Source of the DNA: Ylistrum balloti
Taxonomy: Eukaryota
Length of the DNA: 64,000 bases
Direction: 5' to 3'
NCBI RefSeq assembly: GCF_031769215.1
Contig: NW_026781977.1
Coordinates: 434,001 to 498,000 of the forward strand
A model generated the notes under the pieces. That model saw only the letters and a list, made by a program, of their open reading frames with translations, was not told where the DNA came from and did not search any database. The translations under genes were made by a program, and so were the position numbers. Positions 61,291 through 64,000 of the stretch are shown here, in pieces (the stretch's first letter is position 1; each line of letters starts with the position of its first letter).

Positions 61291-64000
61291 ATACATTTAG
61301 CCCACGAAGAAATTTAATCAAATACAGCATTTTCTCGTTTCTACACTACAGAAAGCAAGCATACAATAAACTAAAGTTCTTATCAGAACATTGGTTTCTG
61401 CGCTTCTTCTATCTTTGTGTATTCCAGACTAAATGCTAGTATCCGTTCTCTGCATCAAAGCAACTTTTTCAGCTTACCTTAGATTATATGATAGATTATA
61501 ACAAGAGCTTGATTGACTTCATCGGTTGTTATGCGTCCGACTCATCACTATCTCTATCGTAGGCTGCGTTACCGAATTATATCACATGCGTTACAATTGC
61601 AATTCATGAATTTTCATTTTCTTTGTTGTAACCTCCTTCTTAATTTTCGCCTGATATTTGAGTTTTGTTCCGATATGTTTGATTAGGTACATATGAGTAA
61701 CATTTTACTATGCACATCTTTCCTTAATATTTACCAGCATACCGATCTCTAGTTTATTCATTTCGATTCTCGCATTCACGTCTACTTGGTTTTTACATGC
61801 CAAAAGTTTTCTTTTTTTTCTTTTTTGATTTTAGAGTAAGAGACAAACAATGCGCTATTATTTAATATATCTATTTTACCTATTGCTCTTATTTTATTTG
61901 ATCGAACTGCACCGCTAATTTTTCCTCGAGAAACAATCGAAAATCTCACAATAAATATTTCTGTTTTATAAACATTATGTAAAAGTATAAAATGTTTAGC
62001 ATACGTGGATTATTTGTGTACTATCATCTCTTCATCATGAGGTACCACAGGAGACAACATATACTTGATTGAAGTTATAAAACCATAGTTATTATGCACA
62101 GGCACCCGGTGTAAACATTGATTGCTCATTGCGCACAATAACTAACACTCCAGGCATGCACTTTTCCAACGTTTACATAGATTTTCAAAATAAAGCCAAA
62201 ACGTTACGATTGAAGAAGGAAAAGTTTATAGTTATTCATAAATCGTGCCTTATTTTATATTATATCAGCTACAATATTTATTGACCATTGCTTGCTACAC
62301 TCGTCCATCACGTGCATTTGTTTTTACAAGCATGATATTGATATATAGTGACACATAATTAACGCGAAATAAGCCTTTCTCACCTTATTTATGATACATA
62401 TCGAGTATTGATTTACTCTAAATTGATTTCACTATTTCGACTATATGAAATGCTTTCAGAAATATTTCTTTTTCCAGTCATTCTGGTATTTTAGGGGACA
62501 TCGACACAGACACCATTGGACATGTAATTGTATCTGCGGAGAATGGTACATTTTGTAGCTATGTTACATTTTCTGGTAACAAACCCCAAACTAGAATAAT
62601 ACGGAGTCAGTGGTGCTGTGCAAATATTGTAATATTAATATAGCGCAGGCCTTTAGGTATTAGACGTATGCAATAATTATTATTTACATACGATTGGGGC
62701 ATATGTTGAAATCTTTCAAAAGAAATATTTTAAACAAATGATCGTTGTAAAATTCATTGTTTAGCCTATAATACAGTGTATGCTCAATGTGCTTTAAATC
62801 TCCTAATCCTTACGTCTTGTCAGAATATATTGTATCCGGCACCCTTTATTCTAAATTAAGTTTTTTTCCATAAACCGATCTTAATATTTAGAAATAGTCT
62901 GCGTGTCCTAGAATTATCAAACCATAATTGGACACTTTTGAAAGCATTACTGGATAATGCAATGGTCATATTCCATTTTAGTCCCTTCCTCTCTGCTGCC
63001 AATTGCTCTTGGGAGACAAATCCTATCACTACTATATATACCGTTTTGATGAAACACTTATTTAAGATTACCGTGAGAAGACTGGCTGCATTTTTCTTAC
63101 AAAATGTACGAATTACAGTCAGATTGTCTGTCCAAACGAAATAAATGTGCCATCATTAATGATATTTGGAATTCGTTCAATAATTACTGAAATGAATTAC
63201 GTTTTATGTCTGTGATGCAATTACCAAAAAGAAAAATTCAATATCAACCCTGTCTTACTGACCTCCTTAAAAAGATCGGTTAATCGTATGAATGATGCAT
63301 GAGTTTACTTTCGTTTTCACGCTTGATTTTTGTGTTATTGAACCAATTACCAAAGGTCGGTGTGAATGTTTCCTGTATCTTAATCTTCTTATGAAGGAGC
63401 ACCAATAGGTTATAAATGTAGATAGATAGATAGATAAACAGGAATGTTAGGGTTTTTTGTCCAATCAAGTTAAGTTAAGATGCCTTGATAACATTTAATG
63501 TTAAGCTTGATTCCTATAGGTGTATTTAAACTTCTGTGCCCCTTATAGTATTGTGACCTTTGGTGGCTGACATACTGCTTTTTACTTTAGTTCACAGGTA
63601 CAGTCACAAGGTATTTGCTGTTAAAAAAGATTTCCATATGTTTTTTGTTCTTTTTTTTTTTTTTTTTTCAGTTCAACGTCCGCGGAACAGCTTTTACCAT
63701 ATGAGGACAGGACTCAAGATGGATATCAAGATTTGGAAACAAAGCATTGGAAGAAAGAAAAGACAGAACAAATCTGTTGTTTTGAACTTGATCAATTTTG
63801 CTGATTTTCGGTTCTATGACACTTTGTTGTAAATCATGACTGAAAAGACCATTGTTGTAAAGTACCTCATGTTTAGATTTGATCTTGAAAAGAAGCTTCA
63901 TGTTCACAGTTTTCAATTTTTTTAGATATTGTGTGAGATAATCATTGATGACTCAACACACTGGTACTGAAAATTCACGTCAACTTAAATGCTTATTTCA

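Overview
AT-rich eukaryotic genomic DNA, most likely a mollusc and probably a bivalve (inferred from the neuropeptide type and the repeat families), with one 134-N gap. I can support only one protein-coding gene. It is a minus-strand, two-coding-exon neuropeptide precursor of about 340 aa. A 65-nt signal-peptide exon at 43600-43664, missing from the ORF track, splices in frame across a ~38.3-kb intron onto a large exon at 4380-5337. That exon encodes 14 non-amidated xx-D-x-hydrophobic-G-(S/M/A)-G-L-(I/V/L) peptides resembling pedal-peptide/orcokinin and LASGLV types. The precursor also predicts one pGlu-blocked, amidated N-terminal peptide. The rest of the window is intron and intergenic DNA rich in decayed Penelope-like retroelement (PLE) pieces: two long RT fragments, more than 10 short 3'-end copies, and three minimal type I hammerhead ribozyme motifs, one with an intact core. 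There are also tRNA-headed SINEs and several minisatellites. One minisatellite is expanded inside a PLE-tail-like module, and a second probably derives from the same tail segment. All family names come from motif recognition by eye; no database search was run.
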